A stretch of 64,000 nucleotides of DNA from Macrostomum lignano. Its lineage: Eukaryota. Below the pieces are notes generated by a model. That model did no database searches. It saw only the letters and a list, made by a program, of their open reading frames with translations, and had not been told where the DNA came from. A program made the translations under genes and the position numbers. The stretch lies in the NCBI GenBank assembly GCA_002269645.1, contig NIVC01000426.1:437029-501028 (forward strand). The letters are read 5' to 3'. Below are positions 11,801 through 31,458 of this stretch, piece after piece (position 1 is the first letter of the stretch; the number at the start of each line of letters is the position of its first letter).

Positions 11801-14800
11801 TCACATCTGGTACAGGGTACTCGCATCTGGTACAGGGTACTCGCATCTGGTACAGGGTACTCGCAGCTGGTACAGGGTACCCTCGCATCTGGTACAGAGT
11901 AGAAAGTATTAGTATCTTGTACAGATGGAAAGCACTCGATCTCCTAGTAGACGAGCACAGCGGACAGGTACAAAAATCTAAGAAGGAAGTCGGAATTCGA
12001 AGAACTCAGAAAGGAAGGACGCGAGAATCCGCCAGCACGCACGAAAATCCCAGTGAAGAGCCTGAAGCCTCTCCTCTCCCCGCCTCCGTTCTTCATCATA
12101 TTCTACTCTCGCTTGCCTCCTTTCAATCATCTCTCAGCCATGCAGCTGGGGGCAGACTTTACTGCAGGTCTCAGGCCGCACTCACCTGCTAATGCAGCGG
12201 TTCAGAGGGGGGAGAGAATCGAGTGCAAGCTCATGGCAAAATGCTCTGCTTGGGCGTGGCCTCGCGGGGAAGTCGGGATTAAAGAGACACGCTAAAAGAT
12301 GGCGGCCTCCGCCTCCGAGGGCACGGGGAGGAAAGGAGAGGGTGGGAGGAAGCGAGTCGCATGGCGAAGGGGCGAGCTTAGATGAAGGCGAGAAAAGCTT
12401 TGGCTTTTTAACAGAGGGCGGAGAGAGGAATTGTTGTGCGCTCTCTCTCTGTGTATTTTTTCAATTCGCAAATATCCCAAATTCCCTCTAAGCCTAGCCT
12501 CAGAGCAGCCTCTCTGTTTGTTCCTCATCATCCCTAAACACGCGAGACAGGCAGGCCGGGATGAGGGAGGGCGAGGACGCGTGGGATCTCGGGGAAGGTG
12601 GGAGCAGCGCGGGCGCCAGGAGGGATGAGAAGGGGAAGCGAGGGCGGAGGGGAAAGTGACAAAAATGAGTTTGTCACTCTGCCAGCTTTGATGAGGTGGC
12701 TGACGGGCAGGCGGGGCAGCTTTGGGGAGGGAAACATCCCATCGAGCCTGTCTAATCCCCGTCATCCTCTCGTCCGCTTTCAAGCCCGACTTTCGGTAGG
12801 CAGGTAGGAAATTAGTTTTGACGAATTGAATGTCAGCGACTGTCAGGACAAGCCGGAACTGACCGACAGGTCAGTCTGTTGGAGCTGATAAATCACACTT
12901 TCATAAATCATGGAAGCTTGGTAAAAGTGACGAGGCAGTTTCGAGTATGAAGGCAGTGAGTATTAAGCAGTGGCGGACCCAGACTGGGTCAAAGTAGATC
13001 AGCTGAACACTGATCTACATTAGAATATTTGCACCTGGCATAAAATTTTAGTGGTAAATAATAATATTTAAACAGCACGAGATGTCCGAGCTCACGGGGA
13101 GGGGGTCGTTGAAATTCTGTGGCTCATGGGGGGTTGAAATGCCAAAGGATCAATTGAAAGTTGTTGGTAGACCGAGCAAAGGTAGATCGAAGGGAGAGTT
13201 AGGGTTAAGCCATGGCTTAAAGGGAAGCTTTGATGCCAATGCTCACAGGGGATGCTGATATCTTAGGCTAGATAGCTGGACTTCAATGGTGATGATTTTT
13301 TGCTTAAAGCATGATTTTCTTTAGGATACTAACAATAGTGACTGTACAAGGTCAAATGCTACTTGTATAGTTTATTCAAACATTTTCATTCCTTTCTTTG
13401 TTGCCTCCCCCAACGGGGGGGGCGGTGATTGCTAGTCCATTATACTAAAATCGTTATCTACATTCTACTATTAGAAATTGGCACTAACTGAAGAGAAACT
13501 AGAATTAGGAAAGGGGCATAGCAGGAAGGCAGGGTAGGGTAGCCATGCCGACCATCCGGCGTGGAGTATGCTTGAGACTGAGGAGAAAAAAGCGGTAGCC
13601 CACGGCGTCTTTCCGCTTCTTCGTCTGCTGCTTCTGCTGCTCCTGCTGCTGAACCTCTTCTGCCCTGGCGCTGCATTAAAAGCTCTGCACTCAAAATGTT
13701 TCCAGGTTGAAGCGGGGAGGGGAAGGGGCGGTTTAAAAATATGAGAAGCCAAAGATGATGCCCGATGATGACTAAGAAGCTGAGCCGAAGGAAGGGGCGG
13801 GAAGAATTTTAGACTTGAGAGGAAGTAAGAGAGGGGGAGATGAAGAGAGAAAGAAGTTTCTCTACGCACGCAATTTTCTCCCGTAGAGCTTGAGTGGGCA
13901 AAATTTGGGGAAAGAATTTCCCACCTTTCTCAATTGAGTAGAATCACTCATCCCTTGGCCTTGTCGCGGGGTTGCCAGGGCGACGGCTCTAGGGGCTATG
14001 GCTTCGGGAATGTGGGGAGACTGAAGATGATGAGGCGGGCGGAGGCTGGTCCGGGGCGAGCTCAGGTGAGAGAGGCGGTGATGTGACGATTTTTTCGATC
14101 GATTTTTTGCAGCAATTTTGTCGAACCTCTTCTTCTTCTTCTTACTGCTTATCGACCTTCCTCTCTCCACCCTCTCTCTCTGTTCCACCCACCTTCTCTT
14201 TCTTGTTTCTAGAAATGCTCCGTGCCCGATCCCTATCTCAGCGGACTCACGGCTGCCCGGCTCATTAGCGCGAATCCTTCCCTCATCCCCCCTGCTGCTC
14301 CTCCAGCTTCCCTTGAAATCCCAAACTGCCCCTGCAGGGTGAACACGGAATGAGATCGGCTTACCTTGTGCAACCCCCCTCCCCCCGCGGCTCGGGGTCT
14401 CTTCCTCTTGCTTGTCTGCCTCTTCGGCGCTTTTTCTATACCTTTCTTCTGGTTTTTTTGCAAGTCTATCGATTGAATCCTGCGCAGGCTTGAGGGACCC
14501 AGCTACCTGCCGACGGCTCCCAGCTAGAGCACAAAGAGACCTCAAAAACTGGGTAATTCTATCTCAAATCTTGCTTAGCTTCATCATATAACTGGATTCA
14601 TATCTCGTTCGGCAATCTTTTCTCTGATTCTCCAATTTTGTTTCATGGAGTCTGGACCTGTCTCTCCATCAATCGGGGCTTCTGCTGCTCGTCCCGCTCT
14701 TTTTTAGTCGTCTCAAATTCAGTTCGCGAGCGGCCCCTAATGGTTTCGGATCTGGAAATCGGGGGTCGAGTTGCTGCTGTTACTGCCGCTAAATGCAGGT

Positions 14801-16778
14801 CACGTGCTGGCGTATCTGTCAATCTTGATAGATAAAATTAATTTAGTGTAAAAATTTTTAGCCATGTAACTTATTTTTCTATAAGACTCAAGTACCGTAC
14901 TAGTCTACTAACCCGTTGTTAGTAGTATAGAGGGTTTAAATATTCAAATTCGTGTCAAAAAGTTACAGAGTCCTAGGTTTCGTGTAGGAATTGGATTTTT
15001 CTATAGCGCGGATCTCTCTCCATCGAATTTGTCTATGGCTAAATCCCATTCAACGCCATGAGTTCTCTAGTAGAGCAAACTAAAATGCACCAGCGATGCC
15101 ACAAATCGATATTCCTATCGGGTCTCCAGCTCATTTCTAAGAAAATCGAGTGTTTCGGCCTACGAATTGTCTAGCTATACACTTTTTGAAGATACGAGCT
15201 TTCCAGCTAGTAAAAGATTCTGTTTTTAGATGTCAAATTTCCAGTTTATTATGAAACTATTCTTGGATGAGAAATCAATAAATGAATCAATGAAACCCGC
15301 AGTATTCGGCGATCCGGACATCCTGTGCATGGACGTCAACAACACGCAGCAGAGCAGCAGCAAGACTCCGGAGCCGCTGTCCTCCGATCCGACTCTGCCG
15401 CCGGCTGATCCGGATTCGCCGTCGTCAACGTTCGGCATTGAATGCGACTGCAAGTGCCGCAAGCCGTTGGTGACGCTCACCGAGGCGGATCAGGGCTACT
15501 ATAATCGGGTGCACACTGGTGGAGTTGACAATTGCGCTCTGCCCTGCGAGGGCGCCTTCTTCGCCGACAGGTCGCAGCTGGCCACCGTCTGGATGGGCAT
15601 CTGGTCGATTCTGTGCGCGGCCAGTTCAACCCTGACTGTGCTCACCTTCCTGCTGGACACCAGACGGTTCAGCTATCCTGAGCGGCCCATCGTGATGATG
15701 TCCGCCTGCTACATGATGGTGTCAGCTGGCTACATCCTGCGACTGGCCGTCGGGCGGGATGCCATCGCTTGCGATGGTCGACTGTTGCGCTACGGCTCCA
15801 CCGGGCCCTGGTTGTGCACCGTGGTGTTCCTGCTGACCTACTTGTTCGGCATGGCCAGCTGCGTGTGGTGGGTCATGCTGTGCGTGGCCTGGTTCCTGGC
15901 GGCCGGGCTCAAGTGGGGCAGCGAGGCCATCGCCAAATACAGCGAGGTTTGTCGCATCTTATCTGAGTGTGCTTCTGTGTATCTGAGTGTGTTGCTGTGT
16001 ATCTGAGGGTGTTGTTGTGTATTTGAGTGTGTTGCTGGGCTCACTAGGTCCATGTAAATAATGGTAATTACAATATACAAAACAAAAACAAAACTCCTTC
16101 AAACAGGTGTTCCACGGCATTGCCTGGCTCCTGCCCATCGTGCAGTTCATCCTGGCTCTCACCTTCTCATTGGTTGACGGCGATCCAATATCCGGCATCT
16201 GCTCCGTCGGGAACACCAGCCTCACAGCTCTGCAGGTGTTCGTGCTGGCTCCCATGGTGACCTACCTGTTACTGGGCAGCGCCTTCCTGCTCACCGGCTT
16301 TGTGGCGCTATTCCGCATCCGTTCTGTGATCAAGCAGCAGGCCTGCGCCAAGACCTACAAGCTGGAGAAGCTGATGATCCGCATCGGGATCTTCTCCATC
16401 CTGTACACCCTGCCAGCCTGCGTGGTGATCGCCTGCCATTTCTACGAAGCCCAGCTGCGCGAGGCCTGGCTGAGAGGCAAAACCTGCCGCTGCCTCGGCC
16501 AGAACCAGGCGCCGGCTCCGGAGCCAGAGTACGGCGTGTTCATGCTGCGCCAGTTCATGCAGCTGGCCGTTGGCATCACCAGCGGTGTGTGGGTCTGGTC
16601 TGGCAAGACTCTGCACACTTGGCGCTCGTTTTTCTACCGCCTGTTTTGCTGTCAGCCGCGCGCGATGCACTCTGCAGATCCGAGGCCGTATTATAAATTC
16701 AATGTGGCTCCGGGACACCCGCCTCTGCCGCCGCTGCCGCCGCTGCCACCAATGCCGGGTCACATGTCGCAGGTGTGA
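5846..16778 (+). CDS. fzd5/8: Frizzled-5/8-type Wnt receptor, 4 exons: join(5846..6145,11183..11396,15303..15946,16107..16778), about 609 aa
   Basis: Signal peptide MSRQLLLLGLLLALVSA. The CRD is split over exons 1-2 ([85 protein letters not shown]). The 7TM region includes RFSYPERPIV and KLEKLMIRIGIFSILYTLP, followed by the KTxxxW motif (KTLHTW) and a C-terminal SQV like FZD8. All introns are GT-AG with consistent phases (0,1,0). Confidence 0.95.
6255..6502. repeat. Second block of the same 33-bp minisatellite, at the start of Frizzled intron 1
   Basis: GTGTCTACCTCTCACTCTATGGTA units in the same orientation as 5445..5788. Confidence 0.93.
7955..8425. repeat. Minisatellite, 23-bp unit (CGATTTAGACACTGAATTAGGGG)
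   Basis: Copies at 7981, 8004 and onward, within Frizzled intron 1. Confidence 0.93.
9462..11130. repeat. Minisatellite, 26-bp unit (GTCCGGTTCTCTGTATCTTCTGTTCT), pyrimidine-rich
   Basis: 26-aa periodicity in the overlapping ORFs. The array ends about 50 nt before the Frizzled exon 2 acceptor. Confidence 0.95.
11407..11897. repeat. Minisatellite, 20-bp unit (GGTACAGGGTACTCGCATCT)
   Basis: Begins about 10 nt after the Frizzled exon 2 donor. Copies are near-identical. Confidence 0.95.
15960..16037. repeat. Incipient tandem repeat, four copies of about 20 bp (TCTGAGTGTGTTGCTGTGTA)
   Basis: Lies inside the 160-bp Frizzled intron 3. Confidence 0.8.
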
Positions 16779-16917
16779 ATGCGATGGTGTTGGCATTTCT
16801 GCTGCTTTTTTGTGTACCCGACACAGAAACTGACTGGAGTTCTGCCATTAAGTTCGGCTGAAGCCGTCTTATCATTGATTTGTACTTTTGCTAGCGTTCT
16901 CACGGTGTGTTTGCAAC

Positions 16918-17312
16918 AACTGAGGGAGCGGAGAGGCAGATTCAAGGACACTGAGGGAGCGGAGAGGCAGATTCAAGGACACTGAGGGAGCGGAGAAGCA
17001 GATTCAAGGACACTGAGGGAGCGGAGAGGCAGATTCAAGGACACTGAGGGAGCGGAGAGGCAGATTCAAGGACACTGAAGGAGCGGAGAGGCAGATTCAA
17101 GGACACTGAAGGAGCGGAGAGGCAGATTCAAGGACACTGAGGGAGCGGAGAGGCAGATTCAAGGACACTGAAGGAGCGGAGAGGCAGATTCAAGGACACT
17201 GAGGGAGCGGAGAGGCAGATTCAAGGACACTGAGGGAGCGGAGAGGCAGATTCAAGGACACTGAAGGAGCGGAGAGGCAGATTCAAGGACACTGAGGGAG
17301 CGGTAAGGCAGA
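16918..17312. repeat. Minisatellite, 31-bp unit (ACTGAGGGAGCGGAGAGGCAGATTCAAGGAC)
   Basis: Direct tandem copies downstream of the Frizzled stop codon. Confidence 0.95.
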
Positions 17313-18242
17313 TCAAGTGACTCTAGGCTAATAACCAAGATGAGAACGGACATAACTTAGCGTTAATATGCACCATGACTGAACAAATTAATATCTGAAA
17401 ACTTCACATATTATCATGCAGTACCAAGATTTTTTTCTAAAAAACACTGTTGCGTCTAAAGAAAATGAATTCTCAGAAAAGCTACCGAATTTTTAACCTC
17501 ACTGTTGTCAAGCGGTTCTTGTTAAACGAATTAACCATTGCAGTGACAATCTAGCTATCTGTCGAATATTCAAACCTACGTTTAACATAACTGTTCAATA
17601 TTGATGATGTAACAATATCGCTTATATCAAAGCAACACTTGCCACCTCACTCTTTCAACACCCGTGTGCGAGAGAGTGCAAATTTAAACTTTTTTTACAC
17701 GATGTTTGCACTACTTTCAGCAATATCCATAGCTTTTGTTGCGTATTTTGTAATTATAATTGTTTCTATATTCTATCTCTATGTGGTCCATACAAATGTT
17801 CGAGCTTAAAAAAGCAATTTTTTTGCGTTTTCCTTTGTTTTCAATTCATTATTTCCAAGAACCAGTAACTTGCCTCCACACTCGTCACCCTATGCGAACT
17901 AATTTTGCCGATTGAGCTAAACCCCTATGTTTTGTTTATGTGTACAAAATACTGTACTTGCATTACAGTTGTGAGTCGCAACTTTTGTCTTAGATTATTA
18001 ATTTCCAAACCCATGCGAACTTGCAAACCGTGCAGCACTTTTCTGTCTGACAGTTCACTGCAGTTCTACGTGTACATGACTACAATTTTTGTGTTAACCT
18101 TGCACCTGAACAATTTATTGGTCTATTTGAACGAATCTCAATACAGTCGCACGGACACTGCACTGACATTCAAATGTTCAGTTTTGGTTTATTTTCGTTT
18201 GGAATAGCGATCCGATTTCAAGCTGAAACTGGTGATCTGCAT

Positions 18243-18447
18243 GGGAGGTTGGCCCAGCAACTGAGGATCTGGGAGGCTGGCCCAGCAACTAGGGATCTGG
18301 GAGGCTGGCCCAGCAACTGAGAATCTGGGAGGCTGGACCAGCAACTGAGGATCTGGGAGGCTGGACCAGCAACTGAGGATCTGGAAGGTTGGCCCAGCAA
18401 CTGATGATCTGGGAGGCTGGCCCAGCAACTGCGGATCTGGGAGACTG
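18243..18447. repeat. Minisatellite, 28-bp unit (GGGAGGCTGGCCCAGCAACTGAGGATCT)
   Basis: About 7 tandem copies. Confidence 0.92.
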
Positions 18448-19002
18448 GAAACCAAACTTATGAGGCTGCAAGCGAATTTGAGCATGAGGAGGGCCTATAA
18501 TTAAGTATTGCGAAAAAATGAAGAAGCACATTCCTGCTCCATTTTGCACATCATAGCAAAGATTATAATTTTCAGCAATGTAATAATTTCAGTGCACTTG
18601 CTTCATTCACAATTCAACTTTGGCAGCATTTATTGCAATGGTACTTCAGACAAAAAAATCATCTCAAAAACTAAGCCTGTTGAGCAGAGACATTCGAGTT
18701 GTAGATCTCAAACAGTTTCACTGAATATGGAGCTCGCGTTGCAAAGAAATGAAATTCGGCAAATTAACTACACGAATGACAACCCATACTACAAATATGC
18801 AGTTCCTGAAGACTCTCTTAAACACAGTATAAAATTTGATACAAAGACATCATTTTACAATACTGGCACACAATCAGCTGAAGCTTAAAACAAACGCAAT
18901 CGCTCGTATTTACAATTATGCTTTGATTAAATCTTTTTACTAGTTTATTCTCAGCATTATAACTTTACAAGTTGTTTTCTAAAATTCACCACCAAAAGGG
19001 TA

Positions 19003-19695
19003 GCAGCAGCCACTGAAGGAGCGGGGGGCAGGTCACCACAGCCCTGAAGGAGCGGGGGGCAGGTCACCACAGCCCTGAAGGAGCGGGGGGCAGGTCACCA
19101 CAGCCCTGAAGGAGCGGGGGGCAGGTCACAACAGCCCTGAAGGAGCGGGGGGCAGGTCACAACAGCCCTGAAGGAGCGGGGGGCAGGTCACAACAGCCCT
19201 GAAGGAGCGGGGGCAGATCACAGCAGCCCTGAAGGAGCGGGGGGCAGGTCACAACAGCCCTGAAGGAGCGGGGGGCAGGTCACAACAGCCCTGAAGGAGC
19301 GGGGGGCAGGTCACAACAGCCCTGAAGGAGCGGGGGCAGATCACAGCAGCCCTGAAGGAGCGGGGGGCAGGTCACAACAGCCACTGAAGGAGCGGGGGCA
19401 GGGACAGCAGCAGCCACTGAAGCAGCGGGGACAGGGACAGCAGCAGTCACTGAAGGAGCGGGGACAGGGACAGCAGCAGTCACTGAAGCAGCAGCGACAG
19501 GGACAGCAGCAGTCACTGAAGCAGCGGGGACAGGGACAGCAGCAGTCACTGAAGCAGCGGGGACAGGGACAGCAGCAGTCACTGAAGCAGCGGGGACAGG
19601 GACAGCAGCAGTCACTGAAGGAGCGGGGACAGGGACAGCAGCAGTCACTGAAGCAGCGGGGACAGGGACAGCAGCAGCCACTGAAGCAGCGGAGG
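19003..19695. repeat. Composite minisatellite: a 31-bp unit grading into a 33-bp unit
   Basis: CCCTGAAGGAGCGGGGGGCAGGTCACAACAG on the left and GTCACTGAAGCAGCGGGGACAGGGACAGCAGCA on the right. Confidence 0.93.
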
Positions 19696-19768
19696 CCAGT
19701 TAATTTGCTAGTTTAGATTGCGTTGTCAAAGCCAGGCACAGAGCAAACGTCAATGCCAGATTTTACCA

Positions 19769-21040
19769 TTACAGACGCGATTTATCAACAGAGACGAAGC
19801 TGCCTGCCAGTCGGACCGGGCGGCCGCTGATCCAGGCGTAGCTGACCGCGTGCTCCAGCCGCTGCTCGGCCAATGCGATTCGACTGGCATCGGCTAGTCG
19901 GACAAAGATAAGCATGCCGCAGTTGAGCACCCGCCGAAATTGAGCCCGGACAGTTGGCCGGCCAGCCAGTAGGTGGCCGAGAGTGGCTGGTCGACCGGCC
20001 GCCAGCACCCGGCCAAACAAGGGACAACGGCAGGCGCTGTCGCTTCGCGGTTGAACGGCCAGCTCGACGGCCAACGGAGCGTCGGTGAGCGGCGAATCGA
20101 CCCCCGCCACCGACCCAGGCAGCAGCGACCGGCGTATGACGCTTTTCGTGCCCTTGTACGGTTGCCATGACAACCGGTCTGCTCTGAGGGCGGGGCGGCT
20201 GCGGCTCGGCCGGCCAATCAAGCGCCAAGGCGACCAGACGAGCTCATCTAGCGGCGCTGGGAGACTGAGCCCTGTGCAGGACTCTCTGGCAACCCGGACA
20301 GCTGTCTGAGTTTTCCTGTCAACTGGCGTCTCCGATGCATCTCCGAATTCCTCGTCGTCAAGGATGACGGTCTCGGCCGAGGCGCGCCTCACCAGCGACA
20401 ACATCCCGACGGCTTCGCAGTGGGGCGAGCGCCGGGACCGGACCTCGCACTCGTAGGCGTATTGAAGGCGACTGCTGCCGCTGGCTCGGTAGGCCGCGGC
20501 GGTCAAGAAGTCTGGCAGGTCGCGCAGCTCAGCCAGCTGCAGGCAGAGGCCGCCGGTTTCATTCGCCAGGTGTCGCATGAAGGTCAAGCTGCAGCAGCTG
20601 TCAGCTGACTGCGCAGGCGGGCCGCAGTGCACAGAATAGACGGCGACGCCGAGCTGCTTCAGCTGAGGAACCGCAGAGGAGTCGTGGCTGACGGGCTGGT
20701 CAACGAGGACGAGAGCGCGCGAGCTGCCTTGGCGCCAGGAGATCTTTTCGACCGCCAACTTCAGCAGTTGCTCGGTGCGGCCCCGTGGCAGAGCGCAGTC
20801 GCCTGTACCGGGCAATTGGCTGGTCAAAAACTGAGCCAGGACTTCGGATGCTGCTCCGAGATTCTGGTATCTAGTGGTGACGATGACTGCTAGTTGACTG
20901 TTGGGAATGTCGCCTGATAGGCGAGGAAAAATTTTTGCAACCTCGACAAGAATTCGGTTGTCAAGGGCGCATCCGTAGGAGTCGAATAGCTGGATTGTAT
21001 TGAATGCAAACACAAGGTCTACTGGCTTGGCTGCTGCCAT
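19769..21040 (-). CDS. Intronless 423-aa protein with an N-terminal degenerate von Willebrand A-like fold and an unrecognised C-terminal region
   Basis: Long, GC-rich, non-repetitive ORF. VDLVFAFNT, LAVIVT, ISWRQGSSRALVLVDQP, LGVAVYSVHC and LANETGGLCLQL follow the beta/alpha pattern of vWA domains. The MIDAS DxSxS motif is not preserved. Confidence 0.7.
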   Translation of the reverse strand: MAAAKPVDLVFAFNTIQLFDSYGCALDNRILVEVAKIFPRLSGDIPNSQLAVIVTTRYQNLGAASEVLAQFLTSQLPGTGDCALPRGRTEQLLKLAVEKISWRQGSSRALVLVDQPVSHDSSAVPQLKQLGVAVYSVHCGPPAQSADSCCSLTFMRHLANETGGLCLQLAELRDLPDFLTAAAYRASGSSRLQYAYECEVRSRRSPHCEAVGMLSLVRRASAETVILDDEEFGDASETPVDRKTQTAVRVARESCTGLSLPAPLDELVWSPWRLIGRPSRSRPALRADRLSWQPYKGTKSVIRRSLLPGSVAGVDSPLTDAPLAVELAVQPRSDSACRCPLFGRVLAAGRPATLGHLLAGRPTVRAQFRRVLNCGMLIFVRLADASRIALAEQRLEHAVSYAWISGRPVRLAGSFVSVDKSRL

Positions 21041-22081
21041 TTGCTTATCGGAATTGACCGCCTGTCTGCATCGATTCGGTAAGCTTTGAATAGGCTTTTA
21101 TAATTAACTGGGGGGGGGGGCTGCCGTTCAGCGTGCGGCGACACGCGGTCACATGAGCTATTTTTAGGCATTACCAGTTTGCTAATTGGTCCTTACCTGC
21201 CGAGATGTGAAACTCTACAGCAAGTCACGACACGTCGTTGTATTCTATTTTTAGATCAATTATTAGTGTTGTAATCATATTTGAGATTTTTCAATTTTTG
21301 TTCTAAGAATTATTGGGTAAATTTTATGCAGATAGTTTTATTTTGACAAGTTAGCTATAGGTCTCTTTTTTAAGCAGAATAATTTTTTGCACAAAGTCAC
21401 TTGAAACTCGTGTGGAGTTTACAAAATTGATTGTTAAATTATGGAACAAAAATGATTTTTAAGCAATGAAAACTGCCAGGTTTAATAGAGAAAACTGTTT
21501 ACCTCTAGTCTGATTTTAGTAACCCTCACTTTGTTTGATTCGTGGCATAGAAAGCATTCTATAATTTTCTATAGCACTATTTATTTATAGCAGCGTTTAA
21601 GCTTCAGTATGCCTTCCGCCCAAATATTGGTGTTATTCAGCGGGGCTGTCTTCAAAAATTGCAGCTGTCCAACTGTTTCTGCGGTCCTGCAGGGGATCCA
21701 ACCCATTAAGGGCAGCAGGGCATAGACGGTTAGCGTCTCCAGATGCACTGCACCTCTCGCGGGCATATTAATTTACAGCGTCGATGGACTCTTATTTTAT
21801 TGCTTATAATTAATCAAGGACCGGCCGCTTATGTACAGTGTACATGCATGCACACAAAATTCTTCAAGAAGCGGAAAAGAGCCCCATATCGGGAAACCGA
21901 TATATCGATCAATTGCCTTCTTCTGCCAAGTAAGCTAGCTTCGCTTTTTGACAATGGTTTTAAATTTGCACTATGCATGCCAGGACCACTATTGTAAAAC
22001 AGAATGTAAAACTCAAATATCGTGTAATTTTTAAGGGCTAATTCTTAGAAAAAAATACAACTGCGGAGATAGGAAAAAATG

Positions 22082-22302
22082 CATAAGCGTAGGAATGTTT
22101 CAAAATGTGAGTTGGGGGCAGGTTCAGTTGCGGATTTAGGGGGGGGGGGGCGGCGCACGCCTCCGTCGAGTTAGATTTTTTGTATGGAAAATGCACATTA
22201 CCATGTACCGATTATTTTCAGAATCCGTCTTGTCAGCACACATTTTATAAAGTGGGGGGGGGGCCATGGCCCCACTGTCCCCCCGCAATTCCTACGCCTA
22301 TG
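22082..22302. mobile_element. MITE (hAT-like), 15-bp TIR with a near-perfect 8-bp TSD
   Basis: Left CATAAGCGTAGGAAT versus right ATTCCTACGCCTATG (1 mismatch). Flanks AAAAAATG and AAAAAATA; because these are A-rich, the TSD is weak evidence. Confidence 0.65.
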
Positions 22303-23171
22303 AAAAAATACTTTTTGTCACAAAATCAATGCATGCAGATTGCATTAATTTATCTGGGGACGTGAAGATTACCATTAGCTTTTAATTTAACAAGCACAAA
22401 ATGTTGCTCGGTTGCATTTTGTGTAGTTGTTTAGTGAATGTTTCATTTTCGTAATTTTTCTTTTTACTTCATAAGCCCAAGCCAAAGTTGTAAATACAAC
22501 TTTAGTGCAATTGAATTTATACCACTACACAGCAGAGGCCTTTGTAGTGATAGGACATATTACTGTCATGATTTTGAAACAAGGGTTTCTTTTGCTAAAA
22601 TTCAGATCGCTTAGCCACTGATAAATTTGATCGGCTAACTACAATAATAATCGCCCTATGCATAATTGCAATTGATTTCGTAAAGTATTCATGACCATTT
22701 AGGCCTTGAATCGTTGAGTTGAAGAGCTGAAGGTTAAATATTTTGCTATTAAAGAATCCTTGAGCTTTTAAGTACTATCTATAGTATATGCATAGCAGCT
22801 GTTTCCTGGAACGCTTTATTTTGTTTTAAAATCTGAATGGGTAAAATACCGTATTTTCAAAATGATCATAAAACAGCTATAAGTCCCGCGGTGACTCTCT
22901 CTCGTTACTAACTAGTCTGTACATTTTAGTTTGTGAATTATGATTATGATTATCTATTAACTTTAAAATTTTGTCTATTTTTTAGCAATACTTAAAAATA
23001 TTTTTTTCTTTGATAAGATCAATACGAAGTTTCAAATAAATAAGTCACTGAGTCACTGAGTGAGACTAGTTTAAAAGTTGGCAGAATTTTAGACAAGCCT
23101 AATAAGGCTAAATTTTTTGAGCATAAATTTTCAGAACGCAATTAAGCAATAAGAATATCAGCTGCTCCAAA

Positions 23172-31458
<8,287 letters not shown>

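Noticed and set aside
9337-11912. Several 450-760-aa ORFs on both strands
   Set aside because: They are read-throughs of the 26-bp and 20-bp arrays. Only 11183..11396 is coding.
5080-13240. Scattered TCF/LEF-like CTTTGAT sites around Frizzled
   Set aside because: A few 7-mers across many kilobases are expected by chance, and they are not clustered.
13862-14545. 227-aa minus-strand ORF in Frizzled intron 2
   Set aside because: Low-complexity purine-rich sequence with no recognisable motif or splice structure.
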